NCBI GenBank assembly: GCA_001179505.1
Contig: CDMY01000831.1
Span: 62,001 to 126,000 of the forward strand
Direction: 5' to 3'
Source: Vitrella brassicaformis CCMP3155
Taxonomy: Eukaryota > Protista > Chromerida
DNA: 64,000 nt
Below, in pieces: positions 10,691-23,985 of this stretch. The notes under the pieces were generated by a model, which had not been told where the DNA came from, searched no databases, and saw nothing but the letters and a program-made list of their open reading frames with translations. Position numbers and translations under genes: made by a program. Position 1 is the stretch's first letter. Every line of letters starts with the position of its first letter.

Positions 10691-13600
10691 CACAGAGGCC
10701 CTGCTCGTACACGGTCCCCGAGTCCTCCTTGCTGCACTGCCGGCGACAGATGGGACACGGCATCTTCCTGCCGGTGTGCGTCTTCTTGAGATTCTCGAAA
10801 CAACCTGAATGCCCACATGAATGAGACCATCAATCCGTGATACACAGCGGCTGGTCTGACAGGCACCCACCCAGCCAGCCACCTGTGCAGAGGCACTTGT
10901 GCCGGCAGGGCATCATGATGATGACATTGGGCTCCTCCTGGCACACCACGCATGATGTGATGTTCTGCTTGGGCTTGCCCCTCTCCTCATCCAGCTGCTG
11001 CTGCATCTCAGCAATCTTCTTGGCCGTCGCCTCCTCCTGACGCTTTAGCTGCTCGGCTGCCTCCTTCTCACGCGCCTCGCGCTCGGCCGCGATGCGCCGC
11101 TCCACGTCACGCTGGAAGTCCTCACTCTCGAGCCGCCTCTGGTGGTCGCTCGAGCGCACCAGGAGCTCCTTTGAGACGCTGGATCTCATGCGAGGCGGCC
11201 AGCTGGAAGTCCATGACGTCCTCGAGCGACCTGAGGGTGGTCAGCTTCTCTCTGGTCAGCCTGACAGACAGAAGAGAGACATGGAGAGAGATGGATGAAG
11301 TGGCAAGGATGGCTGTGGGTGTGGTGTGCCCCACCGCTCCCCGTCGCGTCGCTTGAGCTCGTCGTGCTGCTCGATTAGGCCCCGCAGACGGGTCTCGGAT
11401 GCCTCACGGTCGGTAGCGGCCTGGCCGACCTCATACACCAACCTGCAGCAGCAGCAGGCGGCACAGATGCACAAGAATCCATCTCTTTTGGCCATTTCTC
11501 TCTGCGCTTTCTCACTTGGCGATGTCCTGATCGATTTCCTCCAGCCGCTTGGACGCCAGCACACACTTCTGGGGGATCTCGAGGGCGCTGCTCTCCAGCT
11601 CCTCCAGCCATTGGACAGACTCGCCTGCCGCAGCAGATGGAGGGCTGGTCGGCGAGGGGGCCTCTGGAGGCAAGTAGGGGCGAAGCTCCCTGTCATGTGT
11701 GTCGGGGGCCGGCTCCTCCGATGACGATGACCCATCAGGAGTGTTCTGGGCGAGATGCACCAGCTGGTCGCTACTCGAGAGCACGAGCGCCTGCAGCACG
11801 TTGAAGCGGCCGTTGATAGTGTCCTGGAAGTACTTGACGTCATCAGCAGTGGCCTTTAGGTCGAGTTCGTCGTCGGTGAGGCTGCAGCAGGAAAGACAGA
11901 TACATGAAAGGGGGATAGTGTATGGATGGGTTACGGCTGCGCGTACGTGGGGTTGGCCATCTTGAGTCTGTCGTTTTCTTCGGTCAGGCGCTGCTCGTGG
12001 GATTTCGACGCCTCGGCCATGGCCTTCTCAGCCTGCAGCTTCGCTTCCAGACTGCCGCATTCACACAGCCACAAACAGGCGACTATGCCTCACGCGAGTA
12101 TTCGTGTGCTCATCGTCTGTGCTCACTGGTTCTTCTGCTTGTAAGCTGAGTTGGCGTCACTCTTGATGACCTCCCACCGATCCGCAGCCGACTGCAGCGA
12201 AGCGGCGATCGCCTCCTGCTGCTCCCGGTCCTCGTCATCCGCAGCAGCACTGCACCCACACACATCAGACAAGGAGACGCATGGCGATGCGGCCTCTTCC
12301 ATATCTGTGTGTATATCTGTGCCGACCTCGGTGCGGGCGGCGGGGGAGCGCTCGACGAAGATGACGGCATGGCATCGATCTCATCCTCAAGACTGCCACG
12401 CACACACAATGGCGGCTGGTTGCCGTAACGGATGCCTGGAGGGCCGGACAGAGGGCCACAAGGCGTCTCAGAACCAACACCAGAGCCGCAGGAAAGCCAG
12501 GATACCATCGATGTGTGTTGTCTACGTGTGTCGCATCTTGACATTTACTTACGGGCCTGTGACGTCGTCTGCATCACTCAGCTGGGGTGCCGATGCGGCA
12601 CCTCCACCCGCCGCTTTCTTGTTCTTGTCTTTCTTCTTTCCTCTCTTGGCCCCGCCCGTTGACGCAAACTCGACGCTGGCAAGAGGGGATGGTCGGCCTG
12701 CATGATCCTCCAGGCTGCACACACACGGAACAAAAAACACATTGGTATGACACACATGGCCGTGTTGTTGTTGTGACGCCTGACCTTTCCTTTTTGTCGA
12801 TGCATCCGTTCAGGTCGGCCCGCAGCTGAGCCGTCACATCAGCCGGGCAGAACCTGCGCACACACAGCCACATTGACAGCTACAGACCACACAGTCGATT
12901 GGAGCTATGTTTGGGAGTCACTGGTCGTGTCGGGCTGACGTCTGTGCGGAGGAGGGCCGGTCGGCGGGCGTCGTGCTGACCGTCGATGACGCCGGCGGGT
13001 CGGCAAATGAGGACCTGACGGACGGATGACACACACACACACACACACACGACAGAGCGTCTCACTCCGCGTGTGGTGGGTCTCCTCTGAGTGTCTTACG
13101 ATGAGCTGGACGGCCGCTGGGCAGCAAACAAGTGGCGGGCCGGCGCGCCATGAGCAGGGGAGAGAGGGAGAGGGGGCAATGGCGAAGGGCCGACACCCGC
13201 TCGAGGCTCCTGGCTGAGGACGTGTTGCTGGTGGCGGCCACTCGGGGCGTCAGAGAAGGCCGGCTCGACACTGTGCGCCACACACAGAAGGACAGCAGAT
13301 GGGGGCCACTGGTGAGAAGTGTCGGTGGCTCTGTCTGCACCTGTCGCTGCGTGTGTCTGGCGGGCAGCTGAGCGGCGCAGCAGCTTCCTCCGTCACCTGA
13401 TCTACTTCTTCAGTCTGGTGCTGTGTGTCGTCGGCCTCCTCCGTCTCGCCATCTGCCGCTGACTCGGCCTGCTGAGCCGCCAATCGCTGAAGGCAATGAC
13501 ACACACATGCAGTATCCATGTGTGCAGCGGTGCACGGCACCTTGAGACGCTTCTGCTCGCGCTTTCTGGCGGCCTTCTCCTCCTTCTTGCGGGCCATCTC

Positions 13601-16600
13601 CTCCTCTCGCCGCACTTCGGCAGCCGCCGCCTTCTGACGGGCCTCCCGATGAGCCATCAACACGTCCACACAAGACTGAACACACCAAACAAATGAAGCG
13701 GCTGACGTGGTGTGCCTTCCTCCTGTCTGCTGACCTTCCGGCCCAAAAGGCGGGCGACATCGAGGGGTGTATGTCCACACATCTCGACGGCCTCAGCGTC
13801 CAGTTCCCTCTCCAGCAGCCACTTGACAATCCCGGACCACCCATTGGCAGCCGCCCAATGCAGCAGAGACCAGCCCGTCTTGGTACGGCTGTGCAGACTC
13901 AGGACGGGCCTCTTGCGACGCCCTCCATTGCCCTCGGCCGGTGCGCTGCGCGTCAGGCCGCGGCGTTCGAGCACATCCAGGGTGGCCACTGCACGCGACT
14001 GCCGGGCCTTCTCCTTTTGCTCTGCCTCCTTCGTCGATGTGCCGCCGGCCGCCTGTGGTCCCGCCTCTTGCGCAAGATCGTCGCTGCCGGCCCGTCTGCC
14101 CTTGCTGGCGGCCTTCTTGCGGCTCTTGTGACTGCCCACCGTGGGCTCAGGATGGGGCCGGGGAGCTGTCGCCACACACAAGGGCGTTAGCGCGGGTCAG
14201 TCTGGCTCAATCGACCAGCCGCTCACTGTCGTTATCTTGGTTGCCTTCCGGGTCCTCGTCTGCGCCGACGCAGGCTAGCTGAAGGATGTTCAGGCCCGCA
14301 GGGAAGTCCCCCTCAGAGAGGACTGACGGGTCGGCATGCGGCTGCTGCAGAAGGTAGTCGAGGATCTCATGGCGATGATAGAAAGCAGCAGCACCTGAAG
14401 ACACCAAGTCAGACCTGTGTCCATCCGGCATTCCTCATCTTATTCTGTCATGCCCTGTCCTCTCGACACTCACCGACAGCCGATGACTTCATAACTTTTC
14501 TGGTTTCACCGCCCAAAAACACCGGACCGATTTCGTTGACGTCGGCATTGGACTCGACCAGCGACTGCAGAGGCAGACAGACAGGCAAGCCCATGAGAGG
14601 CGGCCAAGTGGTCTCATGTGGCCTCTCTACTGGCGTACCTTGACGATCTGCGGCGCAGAATGAGCATCAGACGCGACTGCCAGAATCAGCAAAGGCGTCC
14701 GCACATACCCTGATGCCATCCAGACGTAATCAGACATCACCCTTCGATCTTGGTTTGCTTATTCACTTACGGTCAGGCTTGATTCTCTCGCCATCGAATG
14801 GCTCGATGTTCGCGGGCGAAAGGTCTCGCCAATTGTGGATCCGCCGGTCCCTCGCCCGCACCAGCCCCACCGACAGACCCCCGTCGCCTTCCTCCTCCGT
14901 CGGCTTGATGAAGTTCCCCCGCAGCAGTGTGTCGAGTGACCCAGCCGAGCCGTACCAGACGGATGACTGGAGGGCCTGCTTCAGCACGAAGCCGTTCATG
15001 TAGGAGACCAAGGGAGTGAAGAGCCATGTTAGAAGCGAGAAGCCCTCCTTGAGATCGACGGGCTTGCATTGATCCGCAAGCTGATCCTCTTTGCATGCCT
15101 CACGGATCCCTCGCGCTCTGGCCTTCATCTCCATCATGCCCTTGGTCGCCTTCTCACGCAGCTCCTGCCTCTTCCTCCCGTGTGCCGCGGCCGCTGGCGA
15201 GTCGACACCGCCGCCCTCCTCCATCGCACCAGCCGCAGCCGCCTGTATCCATCCATCCACACAAACGGTGCGGTCTGTGTGTGTGTGTGTGGGTGCCCCT
15301 GCCATATATGTGTGGGGCGATCTTTCGCTTGCCGTGGGGAGGGAAGGCGCTCCCGTGCTGAGTCCTGCAGCAGTGCTGGTGGCCGAACGCCCCGATTGGG
15401 CAGGGAAATGCTTCAGCAGCACGACCTCGGACCCACTCACTGTCACGGCTTATTGGACGCCATTCCTTGAGCTGACCTTCCGGCCGAATAGATGTGCGAC
15501 GGCGAGAGGCGTATCGTTGAACTTGTTGACAGCCCCAGGGTCCGCCCCCTTTGAGCAGCCACTCGACCAGGCTGCACCAGCCGCTGCCGGCCGCCAGGTG
15601 CAGAGGCCTTTCGCCATATGAGTCCCTGCCGTTGATGTCGAAGATGCCGCTGCAATTCTCGCCGTGCTTGATCAGTCCCTCCGCATCGAGCACCTCGATA
15701 GTGGCCAGGGCCTCCTGCTGTTGCCCCTCCGGCTGCGCATTCGGGTTGCCCATGCAGACCAGCTGAAGCAAGTCACAAGAAAGGTGGACGGGGGGGCCTG
15801 AGAAGGATGGAGGGGGCACAAACAGGGACGCAGGAGGTCATTCGTTGATAGATGGGGTCTGTGGTACCTACCGTGTCCGCGCTCAAACGTCACGACTGCC
15901 GGCACTGCGGGGTCGGCTCTTGCCTCACGAAGAAGGAAACCGAGGAGATCAGGACGGTGCCAAATGGCAGCCGCACCTGCACACACACACGGAAGGCAAT
16001 GCAATGAGGCTGTGTTTCACCAATATCTTTCCTTGCCGCTTACCGACGGCGGAGGTGTTGTAGCTGATCTTGCCGTCAATCACCTTTGTCTGGCCGGCAT
16101 AGCCTCGCGCATTCACATCGGCGTTGTACGCCAGCAGCGTCTGCATAACACAGACACACAGACGTATCCTTACACGCAGCCAGCACGACGGGCTCCGGGC
16201 GTACCTTCATGGTCTGGATGGGCGCGTTGGCCACGGCCGCCTGGACGACAAGGGGGGACGGCACATAGTCTGAACACACAGACAAGATCCACACCAACGT
16301 GCAGTAAGTGCCGAGCCGTCCATACCTCTGTCTGCCTCTCTGTCTGCCTGTCTGTCTGTCTGCGGACCTGCGGTGACTAGGTTGAGAGGTTCATCACGGT
16401 ACATGCACGATGGATCGAGAGGATCCAGGGTCAGGTCGCTCCACTGGAGCACCTTCCCGCCCCTCTTGGTCCGCACCTCCCCCACAGCCAGCCTCCCCTT
16501 GTCCTTCTCGGTCGGCTTGACGAGCGTCTCGCTGAGCAGCGACTCGAGCGACCCGGCCGCACCGTGGACCACACACGCCTGCAGGGCGTGGCGAAAGAGC

Positions 16601-18372
16601 ACACCGCCGAGGAGGGAGGGGTCGGGGAAGCCGGGATTTGGCAGCAGCTCGAAGACGAGCTGGTGGTCCTCCTTGGACTGCACGGCCTTGCGCTGATCTT
16701 CTGCCACCAGCTGATCGTGGGCGTACATCTCCCGCACCGCCCGCAGCATGGCCGTCATCTTCTGGCCGTTCGGGTCCACCCGCTTGAGAGTCTCATCCTG
16801 CCAGCGCGCGATAAGCTCGTCAAGCTCCTCCACCAGATCGGGCGTCGCATCGCGGGAACCACCCTTCTCGGGCCGTGAGTGCCGCTCGTCGGCACCGCCC
16901 CCGTCCTCACCGTCCGGCCCATCGTCGTTGTGCATCCGCCCGCGAGCCGTCCCCTTGGTGGCCGCCAACCGAGTTGGCCCGCCGGGCGTGCCGATGGCGC
17001 TGCGGAGATTGGCCGGGAAGAGGAAGGACGACGAGCTGCCGACGGGGGAATATGCCTTACCCTGATGCTGGGAGAGGTCTCTGTCTAGCAGCCTGGTAGA
17101 CTGCCGGCTGGGGTCCTCTGGCCGCCGCTTGTCGCGCCTCTCTTCGGCCCTCTGCACCGACGAGTGGGCTGCGGGAGGGGGCGGGGAGGGGGCTGGGGTA
17201 CGGGCTATGGTGTTGATGGTCGTCTCCGCGTCCGCCGACACAAAAGACGCGCTGCTGTCGGTGGTGCTGCAGAGGGGATTCCATCTGACGAAGTAGAACC
17301 ACAGGCTGCCCGCTCCCCAGGTGCACTTGACAGACACCCCGGCGGCGGATCCATCATACAGCCAGTCAGAGGGAAGCACCTCCACGGCTGACAGCAGGAC
17401 GATGGTCTTGGGGTGGCTGCCGACGACCACTCCGCGGTCCATCAGCTCGTCCACCACCTTCTCTGCGATTGTGCCTAGGTTCACTCTGCGGCTGCCCGTC
17501 TCGTGGGGGTGCCCCTCCTCGCACGCCTGCTTCATCGTCATGCGGACCGCCGTCTCGAAGTGCCCCTTCTCCTCTGGGGATACCGATGTCGGTGCGGAGG
17601 GGTCGCCGGCCTCACGCCCGTCGGCCAAACTCACACAGAGGGGCTGCACGGAGGCAAATGCAGAGAAGCCATGAACAAGTGCGCGAGGATGATTTGTGAG
17701 CTTCCTTACCCCGCGTCTATACGGCGGACACCAGGGAGCGGATGCTCCGTATGGATCGCTCCGCACGCGCACGCACAAGACTCGATGATGGAGCATGTGT
17801 TGCCTGAGGCTGGCAGCGACCTCCTCCTTCCACTCGCCATCAGGTCGGGAAAGGGACCCATGCGCCTGATCGGCGACCTTCGACAACATCCGTGCTGCCT
17901 CGTCGGGGTGGATGGGAGGGACGATGTTGCCATGCTGACTGCGAAGCAAGTTGCGCTTGTAGTCCGCCTTACTGACGCCCAGCGCACCTAAGGTCTTCGT
18001 CTGATGCAGATAGAGGTCGGGCCGCTGCACACACACATCCACAGCCATGTCCGCAAGTCGGTCCGCAACCTGCTGTGTGTTTCGATGTGTGCGCACCTTC
18101 AGACGGTCTGCCAGCCGCTGCCGCTCGATGAGCCCGTCCTCGTTGCTGCCCTCCCCCAAAGTGTCCTCAGGTCTGGCGGGCAGCTGCAGCGTGAGAGGGA
18201 CGATATGTGACAAAATAGAGGGGACGGCAGCCTCCTCTTCGGCAGCACTGGTAGCGTGGCCGGCGGAGCCGCCGGGCAAAACAGGGCCTCCATCTTCGGT
18301 GTTCTTGCCCTCGTCGAGAGGCCTCTTGCCGACAGCCAGGCCTTTCCGCAGTTTCTTGGGTAAGCCATCCAT
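10683..18372 (-). CDS. Ankyrin-repeat / coiled-coil / C-terminal RING-HC protein with a duplicated ankyrin module (one gene with a frameshift, or two tandem paralogues)
   Basis: Ankyrin motifs GERPLHLAAGSGWCSLVEWLL, GWSLLHWAAANGWSGIVKWLL..GHTPLDVA and LLAYNADVN / LVESNADVN. E/Q/R-rich coiled coil. C-terminal CVVC..PCRHKCLC|GC..CPIC, TGA at 10683-10685. ATG (MDGLPKK) at 18372. Apparent 1-nt frameshift in the G run at 15545-15549. Confidence 0.75.
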
Positions 18373-18511
18373 CGGCGCAGGCAGATCGCAACTCACTCTC
18401 GCAACAAGGCCTCTGCTCTGTTGATGCTGCCCCCTTCCACACAAGGAGTGCGAGCTGCTGGGAGATCAACATCTTAGCTCGCACGAGAAGACGTCCGCTA
18501 AGACGTCGACA
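18373..18511. promoter_or_regulatory. Divergent promoter with an inverted motif pair
   Basis: 139 bp between ATGs. TGCGAGCT at 18449-18456 and AGCTCGCA at 18476-18483. Confidence 0.65.
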
Positions 18512-19641
18512 ATGGACTGGCCAGAGCTCTCCCCGGAGCTGCATGGCGCCTTGAAGGACATTCTAGAACGAGTCATTCGAGAAAGACCGGCAGATGCTCT
18601 CAAAAACGTGTCGGGTGGGCCCTTCAGTGAAGCAAAACGCGCCAGGAGAAGCAAACAGTCGACGCATGTATATATGGTCTTCTGCAGATGATTTGCTGGA
18701 ACGAAGCGGCGTCTGCCTTCAGTGAGACCTTGACGAAGAATGGGTGGTGATTCATCGCTCATGTCTCTTCACAATGTCCTCTTTCTCCCCCACACCCGCA
18801 CACGTGATCATTCAGGGACTTCGAGCAGCTGTTCGAGACATGCGCCCGTCTTCCCCAGACCTACAGCCTCCCCGACGCCCTTCCCCCCTCATCCGTCTCT
18901 GCCAAACCGGCAGGCGCCGCCGAAGGCCTCTTCCCAACTCAGGCGCACGACCTCGTTGTGCCCCTCAGTGCACTAGAGTCGATCGCAAAGACAGTCTGGG
19001 AGGAGCCATTCGCAAATGCTGTCAAGGTCATGAGCTTCACCAGCCTCTCCCAGATGCTCGACGACGACTCTGAGGTGCCGGCCGCGTTCGCATTGCCCTT
19101 CCCGGCTGCTGTCAAGCTGGCGAATGAGCTGAGTGATACTGACTTGGCGCCGCAGCTGAGTGCTGTGACGGCGGGGGGAAAGAACGTGTCGTTTGAGGAG
19201 TTCACCCAGGCGGTGGCCAAGGACTGGCACGACAAGCACATGAGGCTGCTGAGACAGCCATACGAGGAGAGCGAGGCATTCAGGTGCGGAAGAACCCTGA
19301 GACAATGAGAAGGAAGAATGATGTCTCGCTATGTTTGTTCGTTCCAGGACGGCTGGCAGCCTCGTTGATGCGCTGACAGAGGAAGCGCCTGATGGGTTTG
19401 GTCTGTCGGCGGAGGATGCGCAGCTGCTGGTGGCTGCCGCCGGGACCAAGGGGGCGAGAGACGAGGAGTTCACCTGGCAGCACTACGTCAGATTCCTCTC
19501 GGTTGGCGGCTTTGAGCTGGTGAGACACCAATGCAATGCGTCCATGGGTGTGTTCACCATCTTGTGGTGGATCCATGCGTGTGTATGTATGTCCCTCAGC
19601 TGTTTGCTGAGGAGCTGTTGCCGCGGTCGCCTGCCGTGTAG
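18512..19641 (+). CDS. Hypothetical protein with an RIIa/DPY-30-like N-terminal docking helix and degenerate EF-hand-like segments
   Basis: MDWPELSPELHGALKDILERVIRERPADALKN resembles D/D domains. GKNVSFEEFTQAV and EEFTWQHYVRFL resemble EF-hand exit helices. Exons join in phase to LFAEELLPRSPAV* (TAG 19639-19641). The domain call is a visual resemblance only. Confidence 0.6.
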
Positions 19642-19911
19642 TGTGGCGTGAGGGTGAGTGATGTGTTAGCGATATAAATGCACAGAGTCGAGGGGTGAGC
19701 GGAGACATTGATGTCAGAAGATGCATCTGAAGATCATTACGTTAACACACAGTGTCCCCCCGTCAGCCCACTGTTCGATGAGACCACACTCACATTGTTA
19801 ATCAAGAAACAAACAACCACACAACCACCCTTTAGCTGACTGACACAATACATGTACCCTCGTCTCCTAGTATAGATGCGTCCGTCTGTATGTCTCTCTG
19901 CGCCTATCTAT

Positions 19912-22055
19912 TTATCCCTTCTTCTTCTTTGACTTTCGCTTCTGCACCTTGACAGCCGACGCCAAATCGTCCTCATCATCATCGTCTATCACTATCTCCT
20001 CCCTCTTATCGGCCTTCACACCGCCTACAGCGCCAGCACTAGCACTAGCACTAGCAGCAGCAGCAGCAGCAGCCGCAACAGCACCGGCTGGCTGTCCTAC
20101 TGCCGCCTTGTTCTCCTCCCCACCCCTGTCCAGCGACACCGCCCCGAACCGCTGGTCGAGGGACGTGTCGCTCGTGCCACCCTCCTCGCCTCTGTCGCCA
20201 CCACCACCACCACCGTCTTGCGCTCCCTTGTCTCTCTCTCCAACGTCTTCATCCGACTCCAGGGTCAGGTCCATGAAGTTATTCATCTCGGGGGCTATCC
20301 GCTGCTTCCCCACCTTGCCCTTCTGCGTGGGCGGCCGCCTGCCCGCCGCCATGGGAGAGGCGCCAGAGGGGCCAGGGGCCGGGGTGGGGATTAGGTTGGG
20401 GGTGTCGGGCGACTCGCGACGCCTCTTGGCGCCGATCGAGCTTGCAGATGCGGCGGCGGCGGCGGCGGCGGCAGCAGCAGCTGATGGTGCCGGTGGCGGC
20501 TCTGGCGGGGCTGCGGCAGGTGCTGGTTCCATCTCGACGTCTTCTGGCTTTCGGGCTGGGAGGGTTTCCATTGGGACAGTAACGGGAGCATCCTCGTACC
20601 TGCACAAGGGGCGAGGAAGCGAACACGCAATGGTGGCCTATGACATAATGTGCCTGTCTGCATATGTTGATGCTTACTTCTTGTGTATGTTCCTCCGTGC
20701 TTCTCGGCGCTTTTGCTTGTCCTGATACATCCATCAAACAGACACATATGGGCATGATCCATCCACCAGCTGCGTGTGCATGCAACAGCTGCTCCCAGCT
20801 ACCTTTTCGATTTCGTCCATGACCATTTTGGCCACGTCCTTGCCCCTCGACACAGCCAGCTGAACCCATCAACAACACACACACACAGAGCCAGCCAGTC
20901 TTTCTCCCTCGCCATTCCCTCCCCAGTGGCACACCGCCCACCTGCATGCAGTATTGCAGCGGCTGCATGTCGATGGGGAGGCCGCCCGCCTTGTGGATGG
21001 CACACAGGTCGCCGTGCTGGTTGACAGCCACCGACAGCCGCCCCCGCATCACCGACTCCTCGGCCGACGACGGATCCACCTGACGCCACACGACACAACA
21101 CAACGATGTCCAGGTGTGCATCGTGTGTGCGAGCCTCACCACGAATGTTTCAGCGTCGTCGAAGAAGCCGAATGAGATCAGGACGGGAAGGTGGTGGACA
21201 CTGCAGAGCAACAGTCGATGCAACACGACACACACAAATGGATCCATGGATGCGTGAAGTGTGGGCCGGTGTCGCCTCACTGACTGACCTGAGTGGGACG
21301 GGCTCCCTCTCCTCAGACGAATGGATGATGGCCTGCGAACCCGACAGCGTCACATCCTGCGCACACAGACAAACACCGCCACCACGGACGTCGGTCGCGT
21401 CCATCAATCCATCTGTGCTGTCTGCCCGCCCCACCAGTTTCCTAAAGTGCAGCACGCCACACAGAGCCGCCAGGGCCGACGCGTCACAGAGGTTCCCATC
21501 GTCGTCCAGCGCCCGGATGTCCACACGCAGCGACCACACCTGCGAGCCACCACGAATGACACACACGTAATTCCTTCCCCCTTGCCCACAACCCACCCCC
21601 CACCGACTCACCTTGGCCCCGCCGAGTATGCAAAGGCTCTCGACATCCATGGCGCGGCTGCCCTTGAGGAGCCGCTCGACGAGGTTGCACACCTCCATGG
21701 CGGCCTCGTTGGTGCGGCCCAGTTCGAACAGCGGCGAGGCCATGGGGCCGTAGTCCACATTGAACGACAGGAACCCTTCGTTGGGGCGGTCTGCGTAGGG
21801 TGCCACCACCTCCCCCGCCACGATGCACAGCACACGGCTGCGGCCGAGGGTCACCTCCACCTGTAGCGCAGACACAAGCACATCGATGGCAGCCGATTCA
21901 TTCATGCGTCTGTTTGTGTGGCGGTTTACGTGTCCGTAAGTGTTGCCGAAGTGTATCTGTATGGGTCGGGGGTCGTGCAGGCCCCTGCCATCGACGCGAA
22001 TGCCGTTCGCAAGGGCGGCCTTCAGGAACGCCTCGTTATCCCTGGTCGGCAGCAT
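19912..22055 (-). CDS. RRP45: Exosome complex RNase PH-like subunit RRP45/EXOSC9
   Basis: FLKAALANGIRVDGR..VEVTLGRSRVL..PYADRPNEGFLSFNV..LVERLLKGSRAMDVESLCILGGAK|VWSLRVDIRALDDDGNLCDASALAALCGVLHFRK..VDPS, followed by a low-complexity acidic/basic tail. Confidence 0.93.
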
Positions 22056-22214
22056 TCGCCAAGGTGCATCTCACTGCATCCCTCCAGCAGCGCAGATCTC
22101 TTCTCGATCACAAAATGCGAGCTTGAAGCAATTGCGAGCTTCAAGTGCTGCGGCGACAAGGCTTTTTGACGCCGTTTCTCGTCGTGCGCGTGTGTAGCTT
22201 GGTTGGTATTGACG
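22056..22214. promoter_or_regulatory. Divergent promoter between RRP45 and RBX1 with a tandem motif
   Basis: 159 bp between ATGs. TGCGAGCTT at 22116-22124 and 22133-22141, inverted repeat CTTGAAGC/GCTTCAAG (22122-22145), AGATCT at 22094-22099. Confidence 0.65.
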
Positions 22215-22845
<631 letters not shown>

Positions 22846-23985
22846 CTCACAGGCGCGGCGCATCTTGTCTGTCTGTCTGTCCTGATTGGCTGGCTGAGAG
22901 TGACTGCACAGCAAGAGACGACAACCCAATGGACTGAATGCCAAGACGACACAACACATACATACAAACATGGCTGGCTGGCTGGCTGGCTGATGGCGTG
23001 GCTGCATGAGCTATACACATTTCATGGATGGATGGATGGAGTGCTTGCGTGGTTCCTTTGAACGTTTTTGTGTAACACTAGACCTGGCTGGAGAGAGAGA
23101 GAGCGTCCGATTGCCCTGTGTGTGTGTCCTACTGCAACCTAACCTGTATGGTGACGTCAGTCAGTCAGGCTGGCTCTGTTGGGCTGGTGCGCCGAGGACG
23201 TGGAGGGGGTGAGAGTCTCTCGCAGGATGAGAACTCATTCATGCGTTGGACTCACACTCCCTTCACGAACTCAGCGCACTCAGCCGACTGAGCCGGGGAC
23301 GTGCGTGTGACCGAGTCACGAGAGTTTGTCTTGCCGATTTGATGTCGTCGTCCTTGTTCTTTTTCCCGATCTGTCTGTCTGTCTGCGGCGTCTGACCGGA
23401 TGCGCCCCACTCTCGCCCCCGTCCAACTGAGACAACGGCCGTCATCGCGGCTTTTGTCTCGGTCGGACGGCCGCTGGGTTGGTGCGCAGACAGTGAGACG
23501 AGCAGATGTGTGCATCAATCAGCCTTTTCTTTCCTACACGTCCTTCTGTTTGGCTGGCTGGCTGGCTGGCTGGCTGGCTAGACACTGGCGAGCGAGCGAT
23601 GTGTATACCGGCGAGTGCGTGTGTGTTTGTGTTGTGTGTGCGCGTGTGGTGAGCGAACCTCCATCCCTCCATCCATCTATGCGTCCATGCAGGCAGTGTG
23701 CTGCTCGACTGACTCGACTGACTCGACATGTGTGTGGTGATTTCAATCTACATGCTATCAATGCATCTAAGACAAAATGCGTTCATCTGGTCCGTCTGGC
23801 GTCACGTCTGGTGTCCAAAACGTCGTCACACACGTGCAGTGCACACAAAGAGGGGAAGCAGGCAGGCAGGCAGGGCGGTCCGGCCACCATGCCATGGACG
23901 TTAAAGCAGGCACGTAAGTCGATCCAACGCCTCCACACGAGCCAAACAGGGCCCGTTTGCGTGTGTGGCCCCACACCACATCACC

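Noticed and set aside
19949-20725. 258-aa plus-strand ORF
   Set aside because: Antisense to the RRP45 low-complexity tail; its Ser/Ala runs mirror the real frame.
23225-23291. Second C/D-like pair (GGATGA...CTGA) and a small minus-strand ORF at 23263-23445
   Set aside because: Imperfect C box, no closing stem, and no start or splice support for the ORF.
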